Positions 1-8,798 of a stretch of DNA of 64,000 bases are shown in pieces (position 1 is the stretch's first letter; each line of letters opens with the position of its first letter). Below the pieces are notes generated by a model. The model did not search any database and was not told the DNA's origin. It was given only the letters and a program-made list of their open reading frames with translations. The stretch comes from an uncultured Flavobacteriales bacterium. Lineage in GTDB: Bacteria; Bacteroidota; Bacteroidia; Palsa-965. The stretch spans positions 8,058 to 72,057 of the forward strand of contig CAIQQJ010000057.1 of NCBI GenBank assembly GCA_903873905.1. The letters run 5' to 3'. Position numbers and translations under genes: made by a program.

Positions 1-166
1 TCCCTACATTCTTTGTCTCAATGATATGAACAACAGCGCCAATGAGCATTTCCCCAGTTTTGCTGTCTTTTATCGAGCCACTAACAGTATACTTTGTTTG
101 CGAAAATGCCGACTGGCTTGAAAGCAATAGCAATGAAAAAAGAAAAACGTGATGAAATATTTTCAT
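1..166 (-). CDS. Partial (5' end only) TonB-dependent receptor/SusC-like protein; start codon at 166-164, gene continues beyond window
   Basis: Reverse-strand translation from the ATG at 166: MKIFHHVFLFSLLLLSSQSAFSQTKYTVSGSIKDSKTGEMLIGAVVHI. This is a signal peptide followed by the carboxypeptidase-regulatory-like N-terminal domain typical of TonB-dependent receptors. It is not in the ORF table because it runs off the window edge. Confidence 0.4.
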   Translation of the reverse strand, partial: MKIFHHVFLFSLLLLSSQSAFSQTKYTVSGSIKDSKTGEMLIGAVVHIIETKNVG

Positions 167-276
167 AAGAGGAGTTTGAATTAATAAGGTCGTAATTGGG
201 GGGACAAATATTGTAAAAAAGTGAAAAATATTTAGGCGCTGTAAACTGACAATTATCAATTAAAAAATTGAAATTG

Positions 277-1812
277 TTATTTCTTCAACACAATTCTGAA
301 AGTAGTTCCTTTTCCAGGAGTTGAACTTTTTACAAAAATTTCTCCACCATGATATTGTTCAATTATTCTTTTGCAAAGTGAAAGTCCCAATCCCCAGCCA
401 CGCTGTTTAGTTGTGAAGCCTGGTTCAAAAATTGTTTTCTGTTTCGAGCGTGGAATGCCTTTTCCAGTATCGCTAATGTCAATGTAAACGTAAGGTTGCA
501 AATCTGAAATATCAATTTTGATTTCTCCTTCTCCGTCCATTGCGTCAACCGCGTTGCGACAAAGATTTTCGATCACCCAAGCAAACAGTGGAACATTGAT
601 CGGCGCCATTATTTTTCCAGTGGCATTAAAATGGAACTTAACTGTTTTGGGAGAACGTGAACTGATGTATTGGATGGATTGTGTTAATGCGTCCACTACA
701 TTTTCCAAATTCATTTTCGGTTGCGATCCTATTTTTGAAAAACGTTCGGTAATCATTTCCAATCGTTTCACATCCTGTGCAATTTCTTTTGTCATCTCAT
801 CATCGACACCTTTCAGTTTCAGATATTCGAGCCAAGCCAAGAGTGAGGAAAGCGGAGTTCCCAACTGATGCGCAGTTTCTTTTGCAAGACCAACCCAAAC
901 CAAATTCTGTTCCGAACGGCGTGAAGTGCTGAATAATAAATAGGCGATGATGATGAACATTCCCACAATCATCAACATGATGAATGGGAAATAGCGCAAT
1001 TGTTGCAATTGCGGTGATTCCATGTAATAAATGATATTTCTTTTTCCAGTATGACTGGTAGAAACAATAATTGTGTCGCCTTTTGATTTCAAATTCATCA
1101 AAGCTTCATTCAAATAACTCATAGAATCCTTTTTCAATCTCAAGGAATCCAAATTTCCATAAGCTATAATGTTTGAAGATGTGTCAAGAAAAATAGCTGC
1201 AGCAGATGCTGGATTGGATGCAACTTCCTTAATGAACGAGCGCTCATTGTCTTCGTATGATTTTTTTATTTCACCAAAAACTTCCGAATCATGGTAATAG
1301 ATATATTCCATTTTCGGTTTTCCGCCTGCCGTGTTTTTCCCTGAACTGATATCAATAGGAATAGAATCGTGTTGCCTACGCATTTCCTCCAATTCTCGCT
1401 TTAGATATTCCGGATCTTTTCCTTTTTCTGGATCAAGATTTCTTGAAGCAAGAATTTTCCCCTTGTCATCAGTAATCATTACTGGAACAGTTTCGTTCCC
1501 ACGGATAACAGTAAAAACAAAACCAAGCGCAATGTTATCGTCTTCCACTTGTGACAGCAAACGATTCGCTTCGGCCCACAACTCCACTTTTTTTAATTCT
1601 TCCTTCTTTATTTTCGCGTAAAGTTTGTTGGTCGCCTCCATCATCAAGGCCTTTCTCCGCACCGCTTCGGCCCACAATTCCACATTGCGTTTTTCGCTCA
1701 CAGAAATCTTGTGAACGAGTTTGCTTGAATACCAAAGTGAAACGGCAACAATGCACAGCGCCGCAATCAGCAGCAACCATTTCCATTGTTGTTTTCTAGA
1801 ATAAATATTCAC
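277..1812 (-). CDS. Sensor histidine kinase (orphan, no adjacent response regulator)
   Basis: N-terminal TM helix. H-box HQLGTPLSSLLAWLEYL. HATPase_c G-boxes DTGKGI and GWGLGLSLCKRIIEQYHGG. Internal tandem repeat VELWAEAVRRKA / VELWAEANRLL, also visible in the DNA as a repeated cgcttcggcccacaa(c/t)tccac. Confidence 0.8.
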   Translation of the reverse strand: MNIYSRKQQWKWLLLIAALCIVAVSLWYSSKLVHKISVSEKRNVELWAEAVRRKALMMEATNKLYAKIKKEELKKVELWAEANRLLSQVEDDNIALGFVFTVIRGNETVPVMITDDKGKILASRNLDPEKGKDPEYLKRELEEMRRQHDSIPIDISSGKNTAGGKPKMEYIYYHDSEVFGEIKKSYEDNERSFIKEVASNPASAAAIFLDTSSNIIAYGNLDSLRLKKDSMSYLNEALMNLKSKGDTIIVSTSHTGKRNIIYYMESPQLQQLRYFPFIMLMIVGMFIIIAYLLFSTSRRSEQNLVWVGLAKETAHQLGTPLSSLLAWLEYLKLKGVDDEMTKEIAQDVKRLEMITERFSKIGSQPKMNLENVVDALTQSIQYISSRSPKTVKFHFNATGKIMAPINVPLFAWVIENLCRNAVDAMDGEGEIKIDISDLQPYVYIDISDTGKGIPRSKQKTIFEPGFTTKQRGWGLGLSLCKRIIEQYHGGEIFVKSSTPGKGTTFRIVLKK

Positions 1813-1892
1813 AGGAGAGCGATGAGTCGCAAAGATACGTTGTAGAGGGAGATTTATTGTGTTCAGGAATGGCTAATTAATAATTAAGATAT

Positions 1893-1945
1893 GGGCGTGC
1901 CCCAACAGAACTGTTGGTAGAGGACTTGTAACGACTATCCCTCAC
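1893..1945. repeat. Short palindromic intergenic repeat, family 1 copy A (gggcgtgc-CCCAACAGAACTGTTGG-...-actatccctcac)
   Basis: Perfect palindrome ccaacagaactgttgg at 1902-1917. The same core and flanks recur at 20371-20483 and 48326-48345. Confidence 0.5.
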
Positions 1946-1960
1946 ACAAAAAAAGCAAGT

Positions 1961-2041
1961 TTGTTCGAGCGAAGTCGAGAACCAGCTTCATAAGGAAAAC
2001 TCCAGTTTTTTGCTTAGGCGTTCTCGACTCCGCTCGAACAA
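1961..2041. repeat. Long inverted repeat (22-nt arms, 1 mismatch, ~37-nt spacer) forming a large hairpin between the HK and marC genes
   Basis: Arm 1 ttgttcgagcgaagtcgagaac (1961-1982). Arm 2 gttctcgactccgctcgaacaa (2020-2041) is its reverse complement except for one A/G difference. Confidence 0.5.
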
Positions 2042-2074
2042 ACGAAAGAGATAAATCATTAATCCGAAAATTTA

Positions 2075-2656
2075 TTAATGCGCTACCGGCCAAATATTCG
2101 TGTGTGTGCGAAACAATTTTACTGCAATCGCCAACAATACTATTCCGAAAACTTTTCTGAGAATAGCAACACCTCCAACTCCCAGGATTTTTTCCAAACG
2201 TGAAATGTTTTTCAGCACAACATAAACCACTATGACATTGATGAAAATACCAATGAGAATGCTCAACGTGCTGTATTCCGCCCGAAGTGAAAGTAAAGTT
2301 GTTAATGTTCCTGTTCCTGCAATTAATGGAAAGGCGAGTGGCATCACGGATGCGGTGGAAGGAACTTCATCTTTATACAAACGAATTCCAAGAATCATTT
2401 CTAGAGAAAGGAAAAACAAAACAAACGATCCTGCAATAGCAAAATCAGAAACATCGATTCCGATTAAATGCAACATGGGTTCTCCCACAAATAGAAAACC
2501 AACCATGATACAAAGCGAAACGAAAGAAGCACGCGGCGCATTTAAATCGCCCACCTTTTGACGCAATCCGATAATCACCGGAATGGAGCCCACTACATCG
2601 ATAACAGCAAACAAAACCATTGTAACCGTTGCGATTTCCTTAAAATTTATGACCAT
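2075..2656 (-). CDS. MarC-family (UPF0056) integral membrane protein
   Basis: 193 aa with six predicted TM segments. N-terminus MVINFKEIATVTMVLFAVIDVVGSIPVII and overall length match the MarC family. Confidence 0.75.
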   Translation of the reverse strand: MVINFKEIATVTMVLFAVIDVVGSIPVIIGLRQKVGDLNAPRASFVSLCIMVGFLFVGEPMLHLIGIDVSDFAIAGSFVLFFLSLEMILGIRLYKDEVPSTASVMPLAFPLIAGTGTLTTLLSLRAEYSTLSILIGIFINVIVVYVVLKNISRLEKILGVGGVAILRKVFGIVLLAIAVKLFRTHTNIWPVAH

Positions 2657-2661
2657 CTGGA

Positions 2662-2748
2662 TAATTTTGAATTTTGAGTTCTGAATTTTGAATTAGCCTA
2701 AATTCCATACTATTAATTTAGCATTCAAAATTTAGCATTCAAAATTAT
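2662..2748. repeat. AT-rich imperfect palindromic intergenic element, family 2 copy A
   Basis: gaattttgagttctgaattttgaatt...aatttagcattcaaaatttagcattcaaaatt. It shares the block ttgaattttgagttctgaatt and the 3' end ttcaaaattatttt with the element at 45631-45703. Confidence 0.5.
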
Positions 2749-2842
2749 TTTCCCGCAAAGGTAGAAGGTTTCAGAGCATTCAAAGCCTGTTTTTGAATCG
2801 AGGAAATAAACTAACTTTAGTGCGCACAACCTCCAGTATTTT

Positions 2843-4159
2843 ATGTCAATCGGGCAGGACATTTTTTGGAATATTTTTCGCCGTAAAACGCGCCTTTTTT
2901 TTGTGCTCGTATTGTTTTTTTTCGGAAGCATTGCGAAAGCACAGGGCGACCTGCGTTTTTTTGGAACGGCTACAAAAGGTGGCAGTCCACTTCCCGGTGC
3001 AACAGTTTCTGTTCTTATGGATGGGAAACAGATTTTTAATTTAACCACGGGCAAAAACGGGAAATTCAAATTCACTATTGATATTGGCCATTCCTATCGC
3101 ATCAATTATTCAGCGCCTGGGTGTGTGGATATGTACATGACTATGGATTTGCATACACCACCCGATAAAGCATGGGTTTATCCCGATTACTCTGCAGAAA
3201 TCCCGTTTTTCATTGCTGGCGATCCGAAAATGAAAACGGAATTATTCGCTAAAAAACCGTTTATTAAAATTGTTTTCGATGGCAATAAAGGGTTCTATGA
3301 TGATCCTTCTTATCGTTTCGCCGAAGAGGTTTTCAAAAATCCTGCTGACGAACAACGTAAGAAAGATGAACTCGCTAAAAAAGATGCGGAAGAAAAAGCT
3401 CGTTTAGCAGCGCAGGAAAAATTGCGCAAGGATGAAGAGGATCGTCAGCGCTTAGCGCAGCAAGAAGAGGACAGACGTAAAAAAGAAGAAGAAGACAAAA
3501 AAAACAAAACAAAAGTCACCCATCCAATTGATAAGGAAACGCCTGAACCGACCGTGGATCCGTCGATGGAAACAGATGCTATAAAACTAGAGCGGGAAAA
3601 ACAGGAAAAACTGGAACACGAAAAAACAAATAAGAACATACGTGCCAATTACGAAAACAATTTGCTCAAGCTTGTTGCCGAAAGTGAACGTCAGAATAAT
3701 TTACAGAAGTTTAATAAGATGAAAGTGGATGCACAATCCAGTTCTGTTGTTCAAACATTGCGGAGAGAAGCGCAAGTAAAAGGTGAAAATGATTTTCTCC
3801 TTGAGAAGTTGAAGGAGAAGCAGAAACAAACGCTTGCCAATAAGCAAGTGAATGAGGAACACCTCAAACAATTAATTGAAACCGCTTCAAAAATTGAACG
3901 TGACGATCGAGCGTCAAGGATGAAACCAGTTGCCGCTTCCCAAAATTTGAATTATGTAGCATCACCCAATGTTGTTGTGACTACAGAGGACGATTTTATT
4001 TTTGAAACAAAATCTACAGTCATTTCATGGGCGAATGGAACAAGAACGATTTTCAGCGTTGATGAATATTTATGGGGAAGTAGATACTATTACCACGACG
4101 GTGTGGAAATTGATGAAAAAACTTATGATGCTGAACTTTTCAAGCACAAACGCAATTAG
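2843..4159 (+). CDS. Hypothetical secreted protein: signal peptide, CarboxypepD_reg-like beta-sandwich, long Lys/Glu-rich coiled coil
   Basis: N-terminal hydrophobic leader LFFVLVLFFFGSIAKAQG. GTATKGGSPLPGATVSVLMDGKQ...GKNGKFKF is a carboxypeptidase-regulatory-like motif. Highly charged KKDEE/RRKKEEEDKK repeats follow. The 3' end overlaps the next ORF in another frame. Confidence 0.5.
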   Translation: MSIGQDIFWNIFRRKTRLFFVLVLFFFGSIAKAQGDLRFFGTATKGGSPLPGATVSVLMDGKQIFNLTTGKNGKFKFTIDIGHSYRINYSAPGCVDMYMTMDLHTPPDKAWVYPDYSAEIPFFIAGDPKMKTELFAKKPFIKIVFDGNKGFYDDPSYRFAEEVFKNPADEQRKKDELAKKDAEEKARLAAQEKLRKDEEDRQRLAQQEEDRRKKEEEDKKNKTKVTHPIDKETPEPTVDPSMETDAIKLEREKQEKLEHEKTNKNIRANYENNLLKLVAESERQNNLQKFNKMKVDAQSSSVVQTLRREAQVKGENDFLLEKLKEKQKQTLANKQVNEEHLKQLIETASKIERDDRASRMKPVAASQNLNYVASPNVVVTTEDDFIFETKSTVISWANGTRTIFSVDEYLWGSRYYYHDGVEIDEKTYDAELFKHKRN

Positions 4160-7100
4160 AAAAAAAGCGATTTTGCTCTTTTCGATTTTGCTCTTCACAT
4201 TTACATTTCACGTAAGTGCGCAGACTTCCAGCTTTATCACTTACGGTGTGGAGCAAGGCTTGGCGCAATCACAAATCCAATCTCTCGTTCAGGATAACGA
4301 TGGAAATTTGTGGATTGGAACGCTGGCTGGACTTACGCGATACAATGGAATGGCGTTTGAAAACTTTTCCAAAAAGAATGGACTTGCTGAAGATTGGATT
4401 ACGGTTTCATACAAGGATTCCAAAGGTGATATTTGGTTTGGTCATTGGGCTGGCGGTGTGAGTCGGTACAATTCCAAAACAAAAAAATTCGAAAGTCTAA
4501 ATTTGGAAGAATACACACGCTTCAGAACCGTAACTGCAATAACGGAAGATCAGCAAGGTTTTTTCTGGATAGCAACTGAAGGATCGGGGATTTTTATTTA
4601 TGATCCGGCAAAAAATAAAATGTTTGCGCTCAATGTAAAAGACGGCATTGCAAGTTCAAATATTTACGCATTACAACTGGACAAAAATGGAAACATGTGG
4701 ATCGGAACCGATCACGGCATTACCATTTGCGATACAAAAGGTGATATCAGCTCCCCCGCTTCATTTGTTGATTTGAGCGCAGCGCGTGGTTTTCCAAGTG
4801 ACGCCATCACTTCATTCGCACTTGCGAATAAGGGAACTGAAATGTGGGTGGGCACTGGTGATAAAGGTGTAATTGCACTTGAACTTCCTACTGGTTTTGT
4901 AAATAGAAACGCACCTACACTTCTTCCAACATTACACACTTTCCGAAACGATCAAGGCCTCGGCTCGGATTTTATTGAAACAATTTGTGAGGACAGTCAC
5001 GGAAATATTTGGGTGGGAACAATTGGTGGAGGTGCAACAAAAATTACGCCTTCGAAATCTGGAAATCGTTTGGATGCACTCGATAAGGCGGTGCTCAAAA
5101 ATTTCAATACTACACAAGGATTAAATTATTTTAATGTTCACACCATCATTGAGGATCGTGAAGGAAATATGTGGATTGGAACGGATGTTGGTTTGAATCA
5201 ATATCGCGGAGAACGTTTTCAATTGATTGACAAACAAGATGGACTTATCAATGATATTGTTTGGGCTACTTGTGTTGACCATGAAGGGTCAGTTTGGTTG
5301 GGAACAAACGGTGGACTTTCTCGCTTGACCTATTACACTGTTCCAGGCACAGGAGAAAAAAGATTTACAGTAAAAAATTACACCATTGAGGATGGATTGG
5401 GAAGTAATGTAATTCTTTCCATTTATGAAGATGAAACAAATACATTATGGGTGGGAACAGGATTTGGTGGCGTCAGCCGATTACTTCCTGGAGAATCACA
5501 TTTTGAAACGTTCAGTACAAAAGACGGCCTTGCTGATGATGTTGTTTACGCAATTAATTCCGATACAAAAGGAAATGTTTGGATTGGAACGAAAGAAGGC
5601 GTTTCAAGATTTGATGCAGCAACAAAAACATTTCGTAATTACACTACAGAAGATGGCCTTGGTGGAAATAACGTTTACAAAATATTTCGAGATAGTCGTG
5701 GAAATTTATGGTTTGGTGCTTTGGGAGGTTATCTTTCTGTTTACGATGGGAAAGGGTTTACAAAATATGACGAATCAAGTGGAATAGTTCATCGTTTTAT
5801 TCTTTGCATTAATGAAGATAAAGACCACAACATTTGGTTTGGCGCATACGGTGGTGGTTTGTATAAATTCGATGGAAGAACTTTTCACAATTACACTTCT
5901 AAAAATGGAATGACTACCGATTCTCCCTACGCGATTATTGCAGATCTCGATGGAAACATTTGGGTTGGAAACGGAAGAGGTCTTGATAGGTTCACGCCAA
6001 AAGACAGTTCATTTTCTCATTACGGACGAAGCGAAGGGTTTTTGGGTGTGGAAGTAAATCCAAATGCAGTTTCAATTTCGAAAGATGGAAGTTTGTGGTT
6101 CGGAACAATTATGGGTGCAGTGAAATTTGATCCGAATGAAAATAATTTGAATACCGTAGAACCATTAACTTCTATCAATGCTTTGAAAATATTTATGCGT
6201 GATGCGGATTTTCCGGAAGAAGGGAAATTCAGTTACGATCAGAATCATCTCACTTTTGGTTTTGTTGGAATCAGTTTGTCAAATCCTGAAAAAGTAAAAT
6301 ATCAATATAAACTTGAGGGATTTGATAATGATTGGTCACCTGTGCCAACCATTCATAACGAAGCCGTGTATTCGAATCTTCCTCCTGGTGATTATACATT
6401 CTTGGTTAAAGCCTCTAACAATGATGGGAAATGGAATAAGGATCCTGTTCAGTATAAATTTTACATCCGCCCTCCTTTCTGGCAAACGGCAACGTTTTAT
6501 GCACTCATGGTTTTCTTTGTTCTGTTTAGCATTTTTGGTTTTGATAAAATGCGAACACGTAAATTGAAGAAACAGAAAAAAATATTGGAAGAAAAAGTGG
6601 AGCAACGCACCCTAGAACTCGCACTCAAGAATGAAGAATTAGGTCAGAAAAACAGAGAGATCACAGATAGTATCCGATATGCAAAACGTTTGCAGGATAC
6701 CATGATGTTGCCAAGTCGTGATTTGAGAAAAACATTCCCAGAATCATTCCTGTTTTACAAACCGAAAGATATTGTTTCCGGAGATTTTTATTTTTCACGC
6801 ACCTATAACATTGGCGGAAAGCGAAGAGTGTTGGTGGCTGCAATTGATTGCACAGGTCATGGAGTTCCTGGTGCATTCATGAGCATCATGACCAATGATA
6901 TGATTCTTCATTTGTTGGATGGACATGAAATGGAATCGCCCGCACAATTGCTTGATCGTTTGAATGAAGCAATGAGTGGTAAAATGCGTCACACAATTGA
7001 TGAAGTAAAAGTTCGCGATGGTGTTGACATTGGCCTTGCTGTAATTGATCCTGATACGTTGGAAATGCAATATGCAGGAGCGTTCAATCCGATGTATATG

Positions 7101-7424
7101 TTCCGTGGAATTCAATTTACAGAATACAAAGCGGATAAAATTTCCATTGGAGGTTTTGGTGAAGACAAAGGGAAAAAGTTCACCAATCAACGCATTCAGC
7201 TTCAAGCGGGCGATACAGTTTATCTTTTCTCTGATGGTTATGCCGATCAGTTTGGTGGACCACAAGGAAAAAAATTCAAACTTTCACAAATGAAAGCTTT
7301 ACTTCTGAATTTACAGGAAAAGGAAATGTATGATCAACATCGTTTGCTTGAACAAACGATTGAAACATGGAAAGGTACACATGAGCAAGTGGACGACATG
7401 TTGGTGATTGGCTTCAGAGTGTGA
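4113..7424 (+). CDS. Membrane sensor: signal peptide, two-component-regulator propeller (Reg_prop) repeats + Y_Y_Y domain, TM helix, coiled coil, C-terminal PP2C/SpoIIE-type Ser/Thr phosphatase. The ORF opens at 4002; the likely start is the Met at 4113-4128 preceding the signal peptide.
   Basis: Repeated GN(I/M)W(I/V)GT propeller motifs. Y_Y_Y region KYQYKLEGFDNDWSPV...PPGDYTFLVKASNNDGKWN. TM segment FYALMVFFVLFSIFGF. PP2C motifs IRYAKRLQ, AIDCTGHGVPGAFMS, FSDGYADQFGG and QVDDMLVIGFRV. Confidence 0.8.
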   Translation: MKKLMMLNFSSTNAIRKKAILLFSILLFTFTFHVSAQTSSFITYGVEQGLAQSQIQSLVQDNDGNLWIGTLAGLTRYNGMAFENFSKKNGLAEDWITVSYKDSKGDIWFGHWAGGVSRYNSKTKKFESLNLEEYTRFRTVTAITEDQQGFFWIATEGSGIFIYDPAKNKMFALNVKDGIASSNIYALQLDKNGNMWIGTDHGITICDTKGDISSPASFVDLSAARGFPSDAITSFALANKGTEMWVGTGDKGVIALELPTGFVNRNAPTLLPTLHTFRNDQGLGSDFIETICEDSHGNIWVGTIGGGATKITPSKSGNRLDALDKAVLKNFNTTQGLNYFNVHTIIEDREGNMWIGTDVGLNQYRGERFQLIDKQDGLINDIVWATCVDHEGSVWLGTNGGLSRLTYYTVPGTGEKRFTVKNYTIEDGLGSNVILSIYEDETNTLWVGTGFGGVSRLLPGESHFETFSTKDGLADDVVYAINSDTKGNVWIGTKEGVSRFDAATKTFRNYTTEDGLGGNNVYKIFRDSRGNLWFGALGGYLSVYDGKGFTKYDESSGIVHRFILCINEDKDHNIWFGAYGGGLYKFDGRTFHNYTSKNGMTTDSPYAIIADLDGNIWVGNGRGLDRFTPKDSSFSHYGRSEGFLGVEVNPNAVSISKDGSLWFGTIMGAVKFDPNENNLNTVEPLTSINALKIFMRDADFPEEGKFSYDQNHLTFGFVGISLSNPEKVKYQYKLEGFDNDWSPVPTIHNEAVYSNLPPGDYTFLVKASNNDGKWNKDPVQYKFYIRPPFWQTATFYALMVFFVLFSIFGFDKMRTRKLKKQKKILEEKVEQRTLELALKNEELGQKNREITDSIRYAKRLQDTMMLPSRDLRKTFPESFLFYKPKDIVSGDFYFSRTYNIGGKRRVLVAAIDCTGHGVPGAFMSIMTNDMILHLLDGHEMESPAQLLDRLNEAMSGKMRHTIDEVKVRDGVDIGLAVIDPDTLEMQYAGAFNPMYMFRGIQFTEYKADKISIGGFGEDKGKKFTNQRIQLQAGDTVYLFSDGYADQFGGPQGKKFKLSQMKALLLNLQEKEMYDQHRLLEQTIETWKGTHEQVDDMLVIGFRV

Positions 7425-7484
7425 AATGGTTTTTTTGTTGAAAAAAATTAATTGTAAATAAATAAACAAATAAATTAAAAAATT

Positions 7485-7847
7485 ATGTCAAAAGTATTTC
7501 AAGACCGATTTGATCCTGAAAAATTCAAGGGAAATCCACGTGTGCTCATTGGGCATGTTGATTCTGAAATCATCAGAGCGACAATTAAGGAGGCACCAGA
7601 AGAAATTGTTGAGCGACTTTATTTTATCGGTTCCGCTTACAAACTTCATTTTTGTTCCATCATTGATATTTTCGGTGATATCAAATTGAATGAAACGCAA
7701 TGCACGAATTTCATATTGGAATTAGATTTTGTGGATTCGTTCGTGAATGATCCATTGTTGAAATTGGTTATTGAGGACATGAGAACAATGGCGAAAGAAT
7801 GTGTTGCTCTGAAAGGGAAGGTGAAATTTATCATTAGTGGAAATTAG
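7485..7847 (+). CDS. Small cytoplasmic hypothetical protein; possible STAS-like (anti-sigma-factor-antagonist / DUF4325-like) fold
   Basis: 120 aa, 60 nt downstream of and co-directional with the Y_Y_Y-PP2C gene. The segment FILELDFVDSFVNDPLLKLVIE...KGKVKFIIS loosely matches the STAS beta-strand / phosphorylatable-Ser region (LxLxFxDSxG). This is inference only. Confidence 0.35.
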   Translation: MSKVFQDRFDPEKFKGNPRVLIGHVDSEIIRATIKEAPEEIVERLYFIGSAYKLHFCSIIDIFGDIKLNETQCTNFILELDFVDSFVNDPLLKLVIEDMRTMAKECVALKGKVKFIISGN

Positions 7848-7906
7848 TATTTCTCGGTTTTCAAAAGGCATTGAAAATTATTTTGCTTTTCCAAAAAATC
7901 GATAAA

Positions 7907-8554
7907 ATGAAACATAAAATAATTTATTTTTTATTTTTCGGCGCAAGCATTGCACTTTTTACTTCCTGCAGAAAACCTGGGCATTCCATAAGAATGTATG
8001 GAATTGTTTATGATGAGCATACAGGTGTCCGCATTCCGAATGCAAATGTTTATTTTGACATTTACTTTAGCGATCACTTCAGCGGTAGTAGCATGAACAG
8101 AACTGGAGGAATTGGAACAACTGATGCGAATGGCACATATGAAATATTTTTCGAGGACGCAGACCGAAAAAAAGAGGTGGACAAAAGATATGACGGAAGT
8201 GTTGTTTCAACAGTTGGAGCAAATACTTTTTCCATCGGCCCTGATTACGCCGATCAATTTTATAAAGACTTTCCCATCAATGGACACGGGAAAATTAATA
8301 TTGTCCTCACGAATACAAATCCTTTTGATGCACAGGATTTGATAACCAATTTCTATTGCACAAGTCCAGGTGATTTACAAAATGGGAATATGCAATATTC
8401 AGGAATGAATGTAAACGATACGCTTCAAATACATTTATTAACTGGGGAACGTATTTTTCATTCTTCCGTTACAAAAAACAATGTTACAGTTTTACGGTCA
8501 GACACTGTTTACGTGGAAACCTTGACAGACACTTATTATCAACTAAATTATTGA
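7907..8554 (+). CDS. Hypothetical lipoprotein (the ORF opens at 7871; the likely start is the Met at 7907)
   Basis: Signal peptide plus lipobox MKHKIIYFLFFGASIALFTSC. No recognisable catalytic motif. Confidence 0.5.
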   Translation: MKHKIIYFLFFGASIALFTSCRKPGHSIRMYGIVYDEHTGVRIPNANVYFDIYFSDHFSGSSMNRTGGIGTTDANGTYEIFFEDADRKKEVDKRYDGSVVSTVGANTFSIGPDYADQFYKDFPINGHGKINIVLTNTNPFDAQDLITNFYCTSPGDLQNGNMQYSGMNVNDTLQIHLLTGERIFHSSVTKNNVTVLRSDTVYVETLTDTYYQLNY

Positions 8555-8565
8555 TTTAAAATTGC

Positions 8566-8793
8566 ATGGCTGAAACTCAAAAGAACAATCCACTTCACGG
8601 CGTTCGTCTCGATACGATGTTAAACCATCTTGTTGAACATTATGGCTGGAATAAATTAGGCCTTGTGATCAATATCAAATGTTTTAATGAAAATCCAAGC
8701 GTTAATTCAAGTTTGAAGTTCTTGCGCGCAACGCCATGGGCTAGAAAGAAAGTTGAAAATTTATATTTAGAAGTGGTATCCAATAAAAAATAA
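8566..8793 (+). CDS. DUF2132 (VF530-like) small conserved protein
   Basis: 75 aa. NPLHGVRLDTMLNHLVEHYGWNKLG...SLKFLRATPWARKKVENLY matches the conserved DUF2132 pattern (PLHGVTLE...YGWEELG...SLKFLRKTPWAR). Confidence 0.55.
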   Translation: MAETQKNNPLHGVRLDTMLNHLVEHYGWNKLGLVINIKCFNENPSVNSSLKFLRATPWARKKVENLYLEVVSNKK

Positions 8794-8798
8794 AAATC

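Noticed and set aside
363-868. ORFs 363..548 (-) and 518..868 (+) inside or antisense to the histidine kinase gene
   Set aside because: Fully nested in a well-supported 511-aa CDS. No motifs and low-complexity translation. Typical antisense or out-of-frame artefacts. The same applies to the many other 60-120-aa ORFs nested in large genes (for example 1331..1621, 3445..3648, 4712..5117, 10276..11163, 14517..15204, 22009..23829, 24237..26404, 42477..43019, 50190..50726, 54124..55124)..
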